62,000 nt of DNA from assembly GCF_000400465.1 (NCBI RefSeq), contig NW_008806282.1:144001-206000 (forward strand). The letters run 5' to 3'. The notes under the pieces are model-generated. The model was given only the letters and a program-made list of their open reading frames with translations, made no database searches and was not told where the DNA came from. This document shows positions 48,883-59,632 of this stretch, in pieces (within the stretch, counting starts at the first letter, position 1; each line of letters opens with the position of its first letter). The position numbers were made by a program, and so were the translations under genes. This DNA is from Wallemia ichthyophaga EXF-994 (taxonomy: Eukaryota > Fungi > Basidiomycota).

Positions 48883-48908
48883 GGTTGTATGTGATGAAGC
48901 CAGGCGGA

Positions 48909-48915
48909 TGAGTCA
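48909..48915. promoter_or_regulatory. Gcn4/Cpc1-type site TGAGTCA
   Basis: Perfect consensus 26 nt upstream of the STR2 ATG. Confidence 0.35.
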
Positions 48916-48950
48916 CAATCGGTGGAGGCGTTTGAGAAGAGTACGTGGAG

Positions 48951-49006
48951 TTGCGTGTATCCAGTTGTGTACATTAACAGTGGCGCAATTGCGTGTATCC
49001 AGTTGT
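48951..49006. repeat. 18-nt direct repeat TTGCGTGTATCCAGTTGT x2
   Basis: Identical copies at 48951-48968 and 48989-49006 with a 20-nt spacer. Confidence 0.9.
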
Positions 49007-49110
49007 ATAGATAGGAAACTCAATTTGCTTATCAGTGCCACAGCATGTGATCACAAGCAGCGCTTCTTTAGGCGATCGGCTGTTGAACAGAGAAGACACG
49101 AAATTGACGC

Positions 49111-49150
49111 AAAAGTGAGCGAAAATGAGCACAAATGAGCACAAATGAGC
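49111..49150. repeat. 10-nt tandem repeat (consensus ACAAATGAGC) x4
   Basis: AAAAGTGAGC GAAAATGAGC ACAAATGAGC ACAAATGAGC. Confidence 0.85.
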
Positions 49151-49253
49151 AATAACCACTATAAAACACAATTAACACCTCAAACCATCAACATAGGCAA
49201 GCCGTTCAACTTATGCATATTTTCTGGTACGATTACTTTACTACAGCCAAAAA

Positions 49254-49734
49254 TTACTTGCCCTTGTTTGGACCAGCTCCCTTGGTAGCACCTGGGCCAG
49301 CGGCGACTGGAGCGTGAGCCTTGGTAGCGTTGGCTCTGGCAGCCTTAGACTCCTTAGCTTGCTTGATGGCCTCTTGACGAGCAGCAGTACGGACTTCTGG
49401 CTTCTGGGTTCTCTTGGCTTGGATAGCTTCGAGGTCGAGACCGACGATACCACGGGAAGTCTTTGCGGACTTCTTGCCCTTCTTCTTGTGAACTTCCTCG
49501 GTAACACCCTTCTTGTGGAGCTTACGGCAGAAAGCGGTCCAGGCGATCTTTCTTGGGTTCTTACGTTGGAGGAAGAGTGACTCGCACTTTCCGTTGGCGA
49601 ATCTGAAGACCTGTGGAGGGTTAGGGGCGGCCAAACACCACAAGACCACTCACTCTGTTGTCGAGTCTGACGTAAAGACGACCCTTGGCTGGGTAAATCT
49701 TTTGGCCTGAGAATGAGCAAAGTTCGACCTTCAT
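49254..49734 (-). CDS. RPL24: 60S ribosomal protein L24 (eL24)
   Basis: [27 protein letters not shown]|[25 protein letters not shown]; intron at 49611-49653. Confidence 0.97.
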
Positions 49735-49742
49735 GCTGCTGC

Positions 49743-50031
49743 CTGTGGGGTTGGGTGTTAGTGGCAGTGTCGTTGGATGGCTGAAGAATGTGCCTATGAG
49801 GGACTTTGGAGCGAAAGAGGAGCAAATCATCTGAAAAGCATTTAAGTGGGATTATACGCTCCAGAAATGCATATTCCCTCTGGCGTACACTTCCTCGCTG
49901 TCCACCTTGGCAACTCAAGAAATCTTCAAATTTGGGCGACAAGACCTGCAAAATTCCAGATAACCCGTCGACAGCTCCAGCAAGCACACCTCATCCCACA
50001 AGGCAACATCCCAGCTATTTTACAACCTCAC
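49743..50031 (-). other. Predicted 289-nt 5'UTR intron of RPL24 (possible host of a structured RNA)
   Basis: Donor AAG|GTGAGG at 50031, branch CACTAAC, acceptor CCCCACAG 8 nt before the ATG; internal inverted repeats. Confidence 0.65.
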
Positions 50032-50330
50032 CTTATTGGTTTCCGCAAAGGCACAAGTGAAATTCTCAGCGCCATCATCTCGCGAATTAAAAATTGATAA
50101 ATGTCGTTGGATCGAGGAAATTAAATGTGCGTTGTGGTTCTGTGGCTTTTGTTGATGCTGCCTGTATAAGCATCTCTGTACGTGTGTGGATTGTGTAGTG
50201 TGGTGATATAGCGATATGTGCAGCGATGGGCGTGGTGCGTGGGCGTGGTTAGTAGGGAGACAGCGGGAGCTTTAAATATCAACCGCATCTCGTCTCTCTT
50301 CATTTTCCAATTGTTTATCTCTTCGCAACG

Positions 50331-50963
50331 ATGATCACCACGGATAGATTGTCAGTAATTGCAACGTCTACGCTATCGAAGCTGCTCGAGCGGGAGAAGA
50401 TACGCGAGCTGGGACTCAAATACGGCGACGACGAGCTAGAGGCCAATATCGACACTCTAAGCCAAGGCTACGACGTCCTGGCAGACGATGAGTCCGACGC
50501 CGCGCTCAAGTTCAAACACCAATACCTAAATCTGCTAGATATCCTTGGCAGGGAGAAGCCGTCGCCGAAGCCATCTTCGGCAAAGGATTTGCCATCGACT
50601 CATCTCCCTAAAACGCAGAGTGCCCAGCAGACACCAGCTACGCGAACAACAAACGAACAGCAGCAAGAACAGCTGTTCAACTACGACGATCTCATGGACC
50701 AGCAGGATACCCATCTCGACAACCTCTCGCACTCTCTCAGCAACCAACACCAATTGAGCAGCACTATGACAAATGAACTCGGTCAGCATAACGAGCTGCT
50801 CCAGGATCTGGAAATAGGTTTGGATGATACGCAGCTTCGATTAGGTAAGAGCAGTACCCTCCTCAACAGGCTCAACACCAAATTCAAGTCAAATACATCG
50901 ACATATTGCATTACAATCATTATCCTCGTACTTATTCTGTTGATTTTAATATTCAAAGTGTAG
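50331..50963 (+). CDS. SYN8: Qc-SNARE syntaxin-8 family
   Basis: N-terminal STLSKLLERE, SNARE motif LMDQQDTHLDNLSHSL...ELGQHNELLQDLE, C-terminal TM anchor. Confidence 0.8.
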   Translation: MITTDRLSVIATSTLSKLLEREKIRELGLKYGDDELEANIDTLSQGYDVLADDESDAALKFKHQYLNLLDILGREKPSPKPSSAKDLPSTHLPKTQSAQQTPATRTTNEQQQEQLFNYDDLMDQQDTHLDNLSHSLSNQHQLSSTMTNELGQHNELLQDLEIGLDDTQLRLGKSSTLLNRLNTKFKSNTSTYCITIIILVLILLILIFKV

Positions 50964-52324
50964 CCATATCCATCTCACATGCCATTGCAAGATCTTGGAG
51001 TGTTGGTTTGGCCGGAGTCGGATCGGCGTGGCCGGGGAGGTTGTCGTGGGTGTACTGGGTGTACTGGGTGTCTGGGATTGAAGCCGCAGTCGACATCGGG
51101 GTATCGTGAGAGTCGTTGGTGTTAGTAGAAGCACTGGAAGCAACACTATCGAGTGTGATAGAGGACATTCTCCTTGCGGCGGAATTGCTGTTAAATGAAG
51201 GTGTGCTTTTAGACACACGCATACTCTTTCCGCCTTTCCCCTTCTTGCGCAAAACCTGCGTGGATCTTGCGCGTGGTAGTGTTCTCCCAGCGTACGTTTC
51301 GTCTGGGTAATGTCCGGGTGAGCGGCCTCTGACGACAATAGGCATGCTCTTGGCTTCGCCTATCCGTACTTCTGCGCTATTGTCGAGTTGAGCGTGGAGA
51401 GACACATTGAGGCGAAACATCTCCGACTTTCTGTGGGTGCTCCGTTCGAATTGGATGCGCTCAAACTTGGCTACTTGTGCCTCGCTGTCGTCGCTGTCGT
51501 TGCTTATCAACGCCTGTAGCGGCAAGCGCGATGGAAACCGTTTCGGTCCTTTCTCTCTCGCTGTGGAGAACTGGATCAAGTGAACGGGATCCTCGACAAC
51601 CGCACAGTCGTCGCACATGCTCGCGCTGATACCAACAGAGAACGAGTCTATTGGGTGGTATTGACCATTTATCATGACCAATGGATTGCCAATCTCCTCA
51701 TCGTTCATTTGAATTCGGTTGTTTGGCTGGAGAACAACGCTTGTGCTGATCTGGAAAAAGTTGCGCCGGTATGTCGTGGCTACAGTCTTGTTGGAGTTAT
51801 TTGCCCATATAAATCCCTTATCTACGCGACAGTTGATGACTGGATTGAGGCTGCAGAGGTAGTCAGCGGGGAACTTATCAAAGACACCAGCACCGCCCAC
51901 CCAACAATGTTGTCTTGAAAAGGCATAAAGAGATCATTATACTTGATGCTATTACTGAAAAAGCCAACGTTGTCGTCATCGCGGCTGTTGACACGAAAAG
52001 AGGTGGTGTCTTGGTTATTGTAGTCAGCCAGAGTGAAGCGCTCAAAATCGAGCTGAGCGGTGGGGGAGTAATTTACAGGGTCAAAAGTGGATGATGACGG
52101 AGTATCTGGTGAGTTCCACAAGGCAAAAGACGGCGTAGGTGAGTGGAAGTCGTTGAAATCAAAGCCTTTCCACAATGCACGCTCATCAAATTGGCTGAAA
52201 GGGTTCACAAGTGGCGGAGGTTCATTAAGCGTAGATCTTTGAGGTGGCGTCTGAGGCGTTTGGGATGGGCTGGAGAGTGCTCAGAGTGCTGCTAATATGC
52301 TGTGCACCTCACTCACAAGCTCAT
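50953..52324 (-). CDS. NDT80/PhoG-family transcription factor
   Basis: Two introns (about 52270-52316 and 51851-51900). RVDKGF, TYRRNFFQIS, LIQFSTAREKGP, FERIQF, IVVRGRSPGHY. Confidence 0.88.
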
Positions 52325-52449
52325 AAAACTAAGAAAAAGGATTTTTAACACAACGACGGTGGTTAAATGCTAAATATATTCAATTTGTACAATTTTATTT
52401 ATCAGCCGCCCTGGATTGATTTCGTGAAATGTTTGTCACTTGGTCGGGC

Positions 52450-52463
52450 TGAGACGCGTCTCA
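52450..52463. promoter_or_regulatory. 14-nt palindrome TGAGACGCGTCTCA with MCB core ACGCGT
   Basis: In the 158-nt NDT80/DPB2 divergent gap, about 20 nt before the DPB2 ATG. Confidence 0.5.
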
Positions 52464-52482
52464 AAGCCTTGCAGATACGTCG

Positions 52483-54294
52483 ATGAGCTCGAGCAGCGTA
52501 AATTCACGAGAAATAATTCTGAAAATATTCTCAAAGAAGCACTCACTCTCACTGACACCACAATCACTTGGATTTCTTCAGAATTTATCAGAAACTTATT
52601 CACTCAATTCAACGAATCTAGCAAGCATCGCTGATTCTCTAGCGCTGGCATATCTCAAGCAAGACGACTGCAGCTCCATTGTAGACGCAGATGTACTCAA
52701 GAAGGTATATCTCAATCTTCAGCTCAACTACGCAGGTGGAATATCCACGCTCGATAACGAAGACTACGTCAATGAGGATGAAATTGATCCAAGGAATTAC
52801 TTAAAGATCGTAGACGCTTTCGATATTCCCAGGTACTCGTACGCTGTTGATAACAAATCCTTCGTAAAGCACAACACACACAGCATCGCTGCCCACCCAT
52901 CCAGTCTCTCTCAATTATGGCTCGATAGGTACAACACTATCAAGCAAATCATTCTCCGCAACGAGTTCTTCTCCCCTCCTTCCACCGTCGCCGCCAACAA
53001 CCACGATAGAGACAATTACATGAAAATTACTTCCACCAAGAACCTTCTCGGTAGACACAATCACCGCTTTATGCTCTTTGGTATGCTTTCACAGACTACT
53101 GATGGCAGACACGCCCTCCAAGATCCAGATGGTGTCGTTGTGCTGGATTTGAGTGATGCTGTGAGTTGTTTTAGTGCTCTCTACCTTCTCCTAACTCACT
53201 TGAATAGGTTCCTGGTGAAGGCTTGTTCACTGAAGGCTCTTTTGTTCTCGTAGATGGAGTTTATGAGCTGCTCACAGATGAACCCATCTTCAAAACATAT
53301 GGTATAGGCCATCCTCCATCTGAAAAACGTTCGTCGTCACAAGATGTGCATGGTCATATTGATTTCCTAGGTCTTGGCGGTATTTCACTTAAAGACCAAG
53401 TGGGTTGACGCGCGTTACAATGAGAATCCGCTAACACCACCCAAGAAACTTTACAACAGAATAGAAAAAAGCTTAGATCACATAGGCTTTATAGTGTTAT
53501 CCGACGTATGGCTCAATGAGCTCTCTACACAGACATCACTCAGGCGTTTATTTGAAGGCTACAACAGCGCTTTTAACGACTTCAGACCACTAATGTTCAT
53601 TTTTTGCGGCAATTTCTCCTCACAGCCCATCACCTCTTCTCGTGACATCCGCGAATATCACGACTCGTTCAATAAGCTAGCCGACATAATATGCGAATAC
53701 CCATTGTTAGCACAGCACTCAACATTCGTCTTTGTTCCCGGTCCCAACGATCCATGGAGCTCAGGCACAACGACTACACTCCCTCGCAAGCGCATACCCA
53801 CAACATTCACGCGCACATTCGAAGCTAAAGTGAGTAGGACGTATTTCACCAGCAATCCAACTCGTATACGCTACTTCAGCCAGGAAATAGTGGTATGTCG
53901 CGACGATGCCATGTCGCGGATATTGCGCAACAATGTCAAAGTGAAGGAGGAGAATGGAGAGGATGGGGAGGATATGGATGTCAAGCTGAAAAAGTTTCTC
54001 GTACAGACCGTGATTGATCAGGCACATCTAAGTCCATTCACCATCAATACTCGTCCAGTGCTATGGGAATACGATCATACATTGCGATTGTATCCTATAC
54101 CCACCTCACTCATCCTCGCTGATAAGTATGACAGATATGAGTTGAAGTATGAGGGTTGTAGAGTGTTTAATCCTGGCTCTTTCTCATTCGGTATGCTTGG
54201 AAGCGATACTAGCAACAGCAAACCCAGGTTGTGGAGTGTGTATAGACCATGGAACCAAGAAGTTGAATACTCTGAGTTGCCCGGGGAGGAGTAA
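52483..54294 (+). CDS. DPB2: DNA polymerase epsilon subunit B
   Basis: IFSKKHSLSL, VDAFDIPRY, LLGRH...FMLFGML, GLFTEGSFVLVDG, FVFVPGPNDPW, SNPTRIRYFSQEIV, LRLYPIP, FNPGSF; two introns. Confidence 0.95.
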
Positions 54295-54501
54295 TTGAAG
54301 TTAGTGGTGATGCATTCACTGCACATCCATCGCGATTAGCCAGACTATTTATTCATGTATACCCCTATAAACATTACTGCACTTATGCATTCATCACGCC
54401 TGACTATTTTCACTACCCTCTTCTAACGCAACCCTCGTTTTGGTGCATAAATCGCTTATCGCATCCGTAACGTCATCAACTGCGACCGACAAAACGAGAA
54501 A

Positions 54502-55353
54502 ATGGAGAAATTGCCAGTAGAGCTACTTTGCACGCTTTTAGAGTACTCAGGAGCCCTAGGGCTTACCTGTCGCCACCTAAATCGTCTCAGCAAGGACCTT
54601 AGCATAGTGCATATCGCGGGTCCGAATCCTCCGAATCTCGCACACTTCAACATGGATGGCAAGGGGATGTATGAAATAATGGATAATGAGAAATTTGAGC
54701 GAGATCTGGCAGTTATTTCTGCTGACAGCCTACAAGCATCGAGTGTGAGGTGAGTATTGGATTGTGTGAAAAAGCGTGCGGGTCTTTGACGAGCGATGTG
54801 CAGGCAAATAAGATACAGAGATACAGATAGCGTCAATGAGCGTGTACTAGAGCACCTCAAAAACCTACCTAACCTTACCACGGTGATTATACAATGCACT
54901 AGTGTGCTATCGATGAGTGTGCTGCGCAGGATGCGGAGGCTGCACACTCTGAATGTGAATTCGATAGTATCCGCTAAAGATATCCCCATAAACGACATTC
55001 TCAATCAGTGCCCTGCGCTCAACACACTCACCGTCGATATGATGTTTTACAAGCATTACAGCGAGAACAACCTCAACCAATTGGATGGAGTGATGGTGGG
55101 AAATCATCCAGTGCAGACTGTCGTGCTTAGACATAAGCTGTGCGGCAAGTGCTACTGCGCGCACAATCACAATCCATTCGATCTCGTGGCGGTTTACTTG
55201 CCTACTTGCACTACGAAATCTCTTAGCAACAAGCCACTAGTCTCCTTAGTCAGAGTACACAGCCGGAGCACTCTCGTCGATGTGCTAGCCCGTGCTTATG
55301 GCTGGGAAAGGGAGGAGTGTGCAGTAGAGGAGGAGTTGGCCAAGGCACTGTAG
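54502..55353 (+). CDS. F-box-like protein with LRR-like segment
   Basis: N-terminal LPVELLCTLLEY...LGLTCRHL (F-box pattern); LKNLPNLTTVII / LHTLNV / CPALNTLTV repeats; one intron near 54750-54803. Confidence 0.5.
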
Positions 55354-56136
55354 TGGATTTTCGTCCATTATCTCATCCGCTTCTTCCTATCTCGCTCATA
55401 TCCCCCTCGCGCCCTTTTTTCATCGTTGATTTCGTTAAATTTTGGCAACAAACAAAGCAAATTTCATCGTGTATTAAATTGATTCATTCATTCAGTTTTT
55501 GCTGTTTGTGCGTACCCTTGACGCATCCGCTAGCACAAATGATATTGTGTGCATATGTTCGATTTTCAGAGTAGTTTTTCACCTCTGTTTCTGGAGGTGG
55601 TCTGGAGAACCTGAGCCTCGATATAGATACTTCGCATAATACAATACATGCATTATTACAGTTACTGGTAAATTATGTCTTAATTTAGTCTTAGTTCTCA
55701 ACTAATTCGTCGCCGGGTCACCCAATTATTCCATGGCTTGGACGAAGCTTAAATGTGTGTCTTGACACGGCTTTGAATTTTAAGCAGGTCTAATCTAGCT
55801 CCTTTCCTGAACATAAATTTATGCATTCGTCCTCAGCTGGATTTGATCTGCTTATACCGAGTCGATCTTCTCTCACTTAATCTCAATTCCCCTAAATTCT
55901 TCAATTCTAGCAAAAATCTCATGTATGGAACACATTTTGCGACGCTTGTTTGGATTTTTACACCAAAAAGTATTGCGATGTGGCTTTTCAGATACCGCGA
56001 AGATGGCGTCAGAGGGGGATAATTGTAAATACAGCTATAATACGGATGTAAGAAGGGGGCGCAGCAGTAATAAAAGCAGTTGCTAAAGTACTCATCCTAG
56101 CAACCGATCGAAAGTCCACACTTAAACTCGCACAAG

Positions 56137-56616
56137 ATGCGAATTATTTCAACACCAGACAAAGGCAGGGGAGTATTCGCATCGCAGCCCATCAAAATCG
56201 GGGAGGTAGTTGAGATATCCCCCGTTCTCTTATTCACGAAGGAGGTGAGAAGATGCTTATCGCTCAATGCTAAGGCTAACACTATTCAGGAATACACGCA
56301 GCATGGACAGCACACAGCGCTCGATGACTATACCTTCGTGTGGCCAGATCGGAGTGGGAGGATGGGATTGGCGATGGGGATCGGATCTATGTTCAACCAC
56401 CACAAACAGCCTAATGTGAGTTATAGCATTAACACTCATACGCTCACAATCACATTCAAAACAACACGCCATATAAATATCAACGATGAGTTATGCATTT
56501 CTTACGGCCCTGAATCTAAATTGTGGTGGAGGAATACTCAAGTGGATGATGATGAGGATGATCAAGTTAAGGATATGAGCGAATTAGATCTCTTGCAATG
56601 TGATTATGGTAGTTAA
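56137..56616 (+). CDS. Small stand-alone SET-domain methyltransferase (S. pombe Set7-like)
   Basis: KGRGVFA, EISPVLLF, YTFVW, GIGSMFNH, ELCISYG; intron near 56245-56291. Confidence 0.85.
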   Translation: MRIISTPDKGRGVFASQPIKIGEVVEISPVLLFTKEVRRCLSLNAKANTIQEYTQHGQHTALDDYTFVWPDRSGRMGLAMGIGSMFNHHKQPNVSYSINTHTLTITFKTTRHININDELCISYGPESKLWWRNTQVDDDEDDQVKDMSELDLLQCDYGS

Positions 56617-56701
56617 TGTTATTGTTTTGAGTGTGTGTGCGTACGTGGATTTCATTTATTTATTTGGGTATCCTTTGTTTTACTTTGTTTAATTTGATGC
56701 T

Positions 56702-57894
56702 TTATGCTGCGTACTGGTCAACCTCTCCCGTTCGTCATCATCATCTGCCTCGCCTATATCGAATATAGCGTCATTCGAGCCACTCTCTACGGCTTGATCG
56801 CGCATGTTTAGCTCGTCATACTCCATCACTCTGCCTGTCGATGGATCGATTGGCTGGTTGGAGCTTGTGACTTGTTTGTATTTGATGTAGTTGTAGACAC
56901 TTGATTATACTTGTTAGCATGTGTAATAAAAGCAAAACACAAGAACCCACCAAATACCCAAAATAGTGATACACATTCCTGTCACGTTTATTGGGGTTAG
57001 AGTGTCACCAAAAATAGCCGAGCTAATGAATATTGTGAGAAGCTCCTTAAATATTCCTGCGATAGACATGGTGATGATAGATGAGCGCTCTATCAGCTTG
57101 AACTCGGATAGCACCATACCGAAAGCGAGAAAACCAGGTGAGATGATCATCAAGCAGGATTTTAGTGAGTGGAGTGCACCAAATTGGAAGTAATCACTGT
57201 GGAAGATATCCCACCAACTCTCAAATATGACGCTGAGTAGAATTAGACATGCGAACATGACAGGCGCGAGGAAATAAAGAATGATGAGAGGATTCTTCAG
57301 TCCATACTTCTGTTTCTGAAGAAGGATTTGAGTGAGAGACCAACGCAAACCACCCGCGGCTGTAGCGGACATGACTTGAATAGCGCCAGAAAGGACGAAA
57401 GAAGTTTCAGCGCTGACCATCAACACCACACCGATAGCTATAATGACGATAATCACAGCCATTGATAGCGATGGTCTCTCCAATTTGAACAGGAAAGCGA
57501 AGAAAAGGACCCAGATGAGTGAAGAGGACTTGCACATCGTGTAGAAAGTGAGAGTGATCGACTTAAGTGATAAGTTGCTTAAGCCAATGTCTAAAGCTGT
57601 AGCTAGAGCGCAAGGTATAATTCTCTTGCTATAATCTAATAGTGTCATAGGTTCGTTCGTTTTAAGTGCGGGGAATATCTTCAGACCGATAAAGGAGAGG
57701 ATCCACTGCATGAGCATGTGCCAGCTGGTCATGAATAGCGGGAAAGGGAAGCTGGACTGGCTGACGGAGAAGATCCACTTGTTGTAGACAGACAGGCTGA
57801 ATGCGAACGTGTACCAAAGTGAGATGTAAATGAGATTAATGAGCGCATGCCTGAAGTACCAGCTTCTTTTATCGTCTTGATTTTCCAAAGGCAT
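56702..57894 (-). CDS. Triose-phosphate-transporter family nucleotide-sugar transporter (SLC35C2/Ymd8-like)
   Basis: LSVYNKWIF, FPFPLFMT, LDIGLSNLSL, YTMCKSSSL, GLRWSLTQ, IAGIFKE; the last exon after the intron near 56900-56950 ends at TAA 56702. Confidence 0.88.
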
Positions 57895-57919
57895 CGTTGT
57901 CAGCAATCAACGAGCACTT

Positions 57920-59368
57920 ATGACAGAACACCCGATCAAGCATGGAGACTTAGAGCTGGAGAACGCCGACGAGTATCCGTGGGTTTCTCGTAGAGTGCAA
58001 TATACCCACTCACATACTCTCAGCACCATTTTCACCACGGAAACAAGGCTCAGGAGAGGATTGTGTCCGGTGACGCAAAATAAACTGAATCCCGCTGAAT
58101 CCCACCAGCTCTACTACGAAGTACACGGCTCAGCTGATCCACAAGCTGAGAAGTTGGTATTCATTATGGGTTTGAATGGTAGTTGCTTCGGCTGGTCCAA
58201 ACAGATCAACAACCTCGCACTCACAGGGAAATATCAGCTGCTAGCCTTCGATAATAGAGCAGTTGGTCACTCAACTGGTCCCAGAGGTCCTTACAGGTTG
58301 GCGTTGCTCCTCCTCAGCCACGTGCACTCCTCTCACACAATTCCAGCACTAGCGGTATGGCAGAGGATGTCATAGTCCTTCTTGACCTACTGGGATGGAC
58401 AAACAGCCGCTCTCTTCACTTAGTTGGAGTTAGTATGGGTGGTATGTAAGTCGTGTCTTCAATTCCAATCCGAAGCTCAATTTCTCTTAGGATTTCACTT
58501 GAGCTGTGCCATAGAATCCACGAACGTATCGCGTCTCTCACTCTCGCAGTCACTAGCAGAGGCTATGGCCCTTTCTGGAATCTACCATCGGTACGTCATC
58601 GATAAGCATGTCTGCTGTCGTTGTAACATCACCGCAGTGGAGAGGTATCTACACCCTCATGTCCTTCTTCACTATCAGTGATAGCGAAAAACTCATTCAG
58701 TCGTACCTAGAACTAGTGTAGGTATTGTACTTCACTCTTTGCAACCGGCTTAGACTTGCTACCCAGATTCCCTATCCATTGGCTCGCTGAGATACGCGAG
58801 AATGACAGCCTTAAACGCACAAATAGAGAATGTGAAAGAGATGTGCGAGGGACCTTGAAAAAAGGTGTCAACCTACTCACACGCCCAACAGCACATGATC
58901 GAAAGAGCCAAATACTCTAGAGAACAAGATCCCTTCGGTGCCATCTCTCAAATGTATGCTGCCTTAGGACACAGCGTGTCTCCAGCCAGAATGAAGTTGA
59001 TTGATCACAATATACCAAAGGTGAGTAGTGAGTTTCGGGGGGAAGGTAGTTGACCTGTGCTATAGATAACTATCGTATCTGGAGATGAAGATTATCTAGT
59101 TGGTGAGTTTAGATGTATTTTTCTGTCTAACTCCCGCCTAATCACTCTCCCTAGACATATCATGTTCAGTTGATCTCAAGAAACACTTGCCAAGGTGGGA
59201 ATGGTTGGACATTAGCTAAGTAGCAGCTAACCCGCAAACAGTGCAACATACACTGTATTTGAAAATACAGGCCACGGTCTCATCGGTCAGCGTCCCTTCA
59301 GATTCAACAAGCTCATCGAGGACACTGTCGCAGAAGGGTCTGAAATAGTTGGCAGGAAAGCCAGGTAG
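57920..59368 (+). CDS. Alpha/beta hydrolase (multi-exon)
   Basis: RGLCPVT, LYYEVHG, VFIMGLN, AFDNRAVG, HLVGVSMGG nucleophile elbow, GDEDYLV (Asp), ENTGHGL (His); stop TAG at 59368. Confidence 0.85.
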
Positions 59369-59632
59369 ACCTTCGCTTAAGGAAATAAACACCTTCACTC
59401 ACTCTACCGCTTACTCATTTCATCACGAAAAATTACGCACATACAAGCTATTCACGTGACACGATCCTTTATTGTTAGACATCTATATAGAAATATAAAT
59501 ACTTGATATACCTCCGTCAATAGCTAGAGATAAGCTAGATAGTGAGAAGAAGTGTATTACTTTAGATGCTTATATGCAATCAATGCAGTTGTTTTGATAT
59601 ATGTGATTCACTGAGCCACTTTTATGCCATGT

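Noticed and set aside
50033-50080. ATG ATG upstream of the RPL24 5'UTR intron, which would make an out-of-frame overlapping uORF
   Set aside because: Probably upstream of the transcription start; cannot be supported without TSS data.
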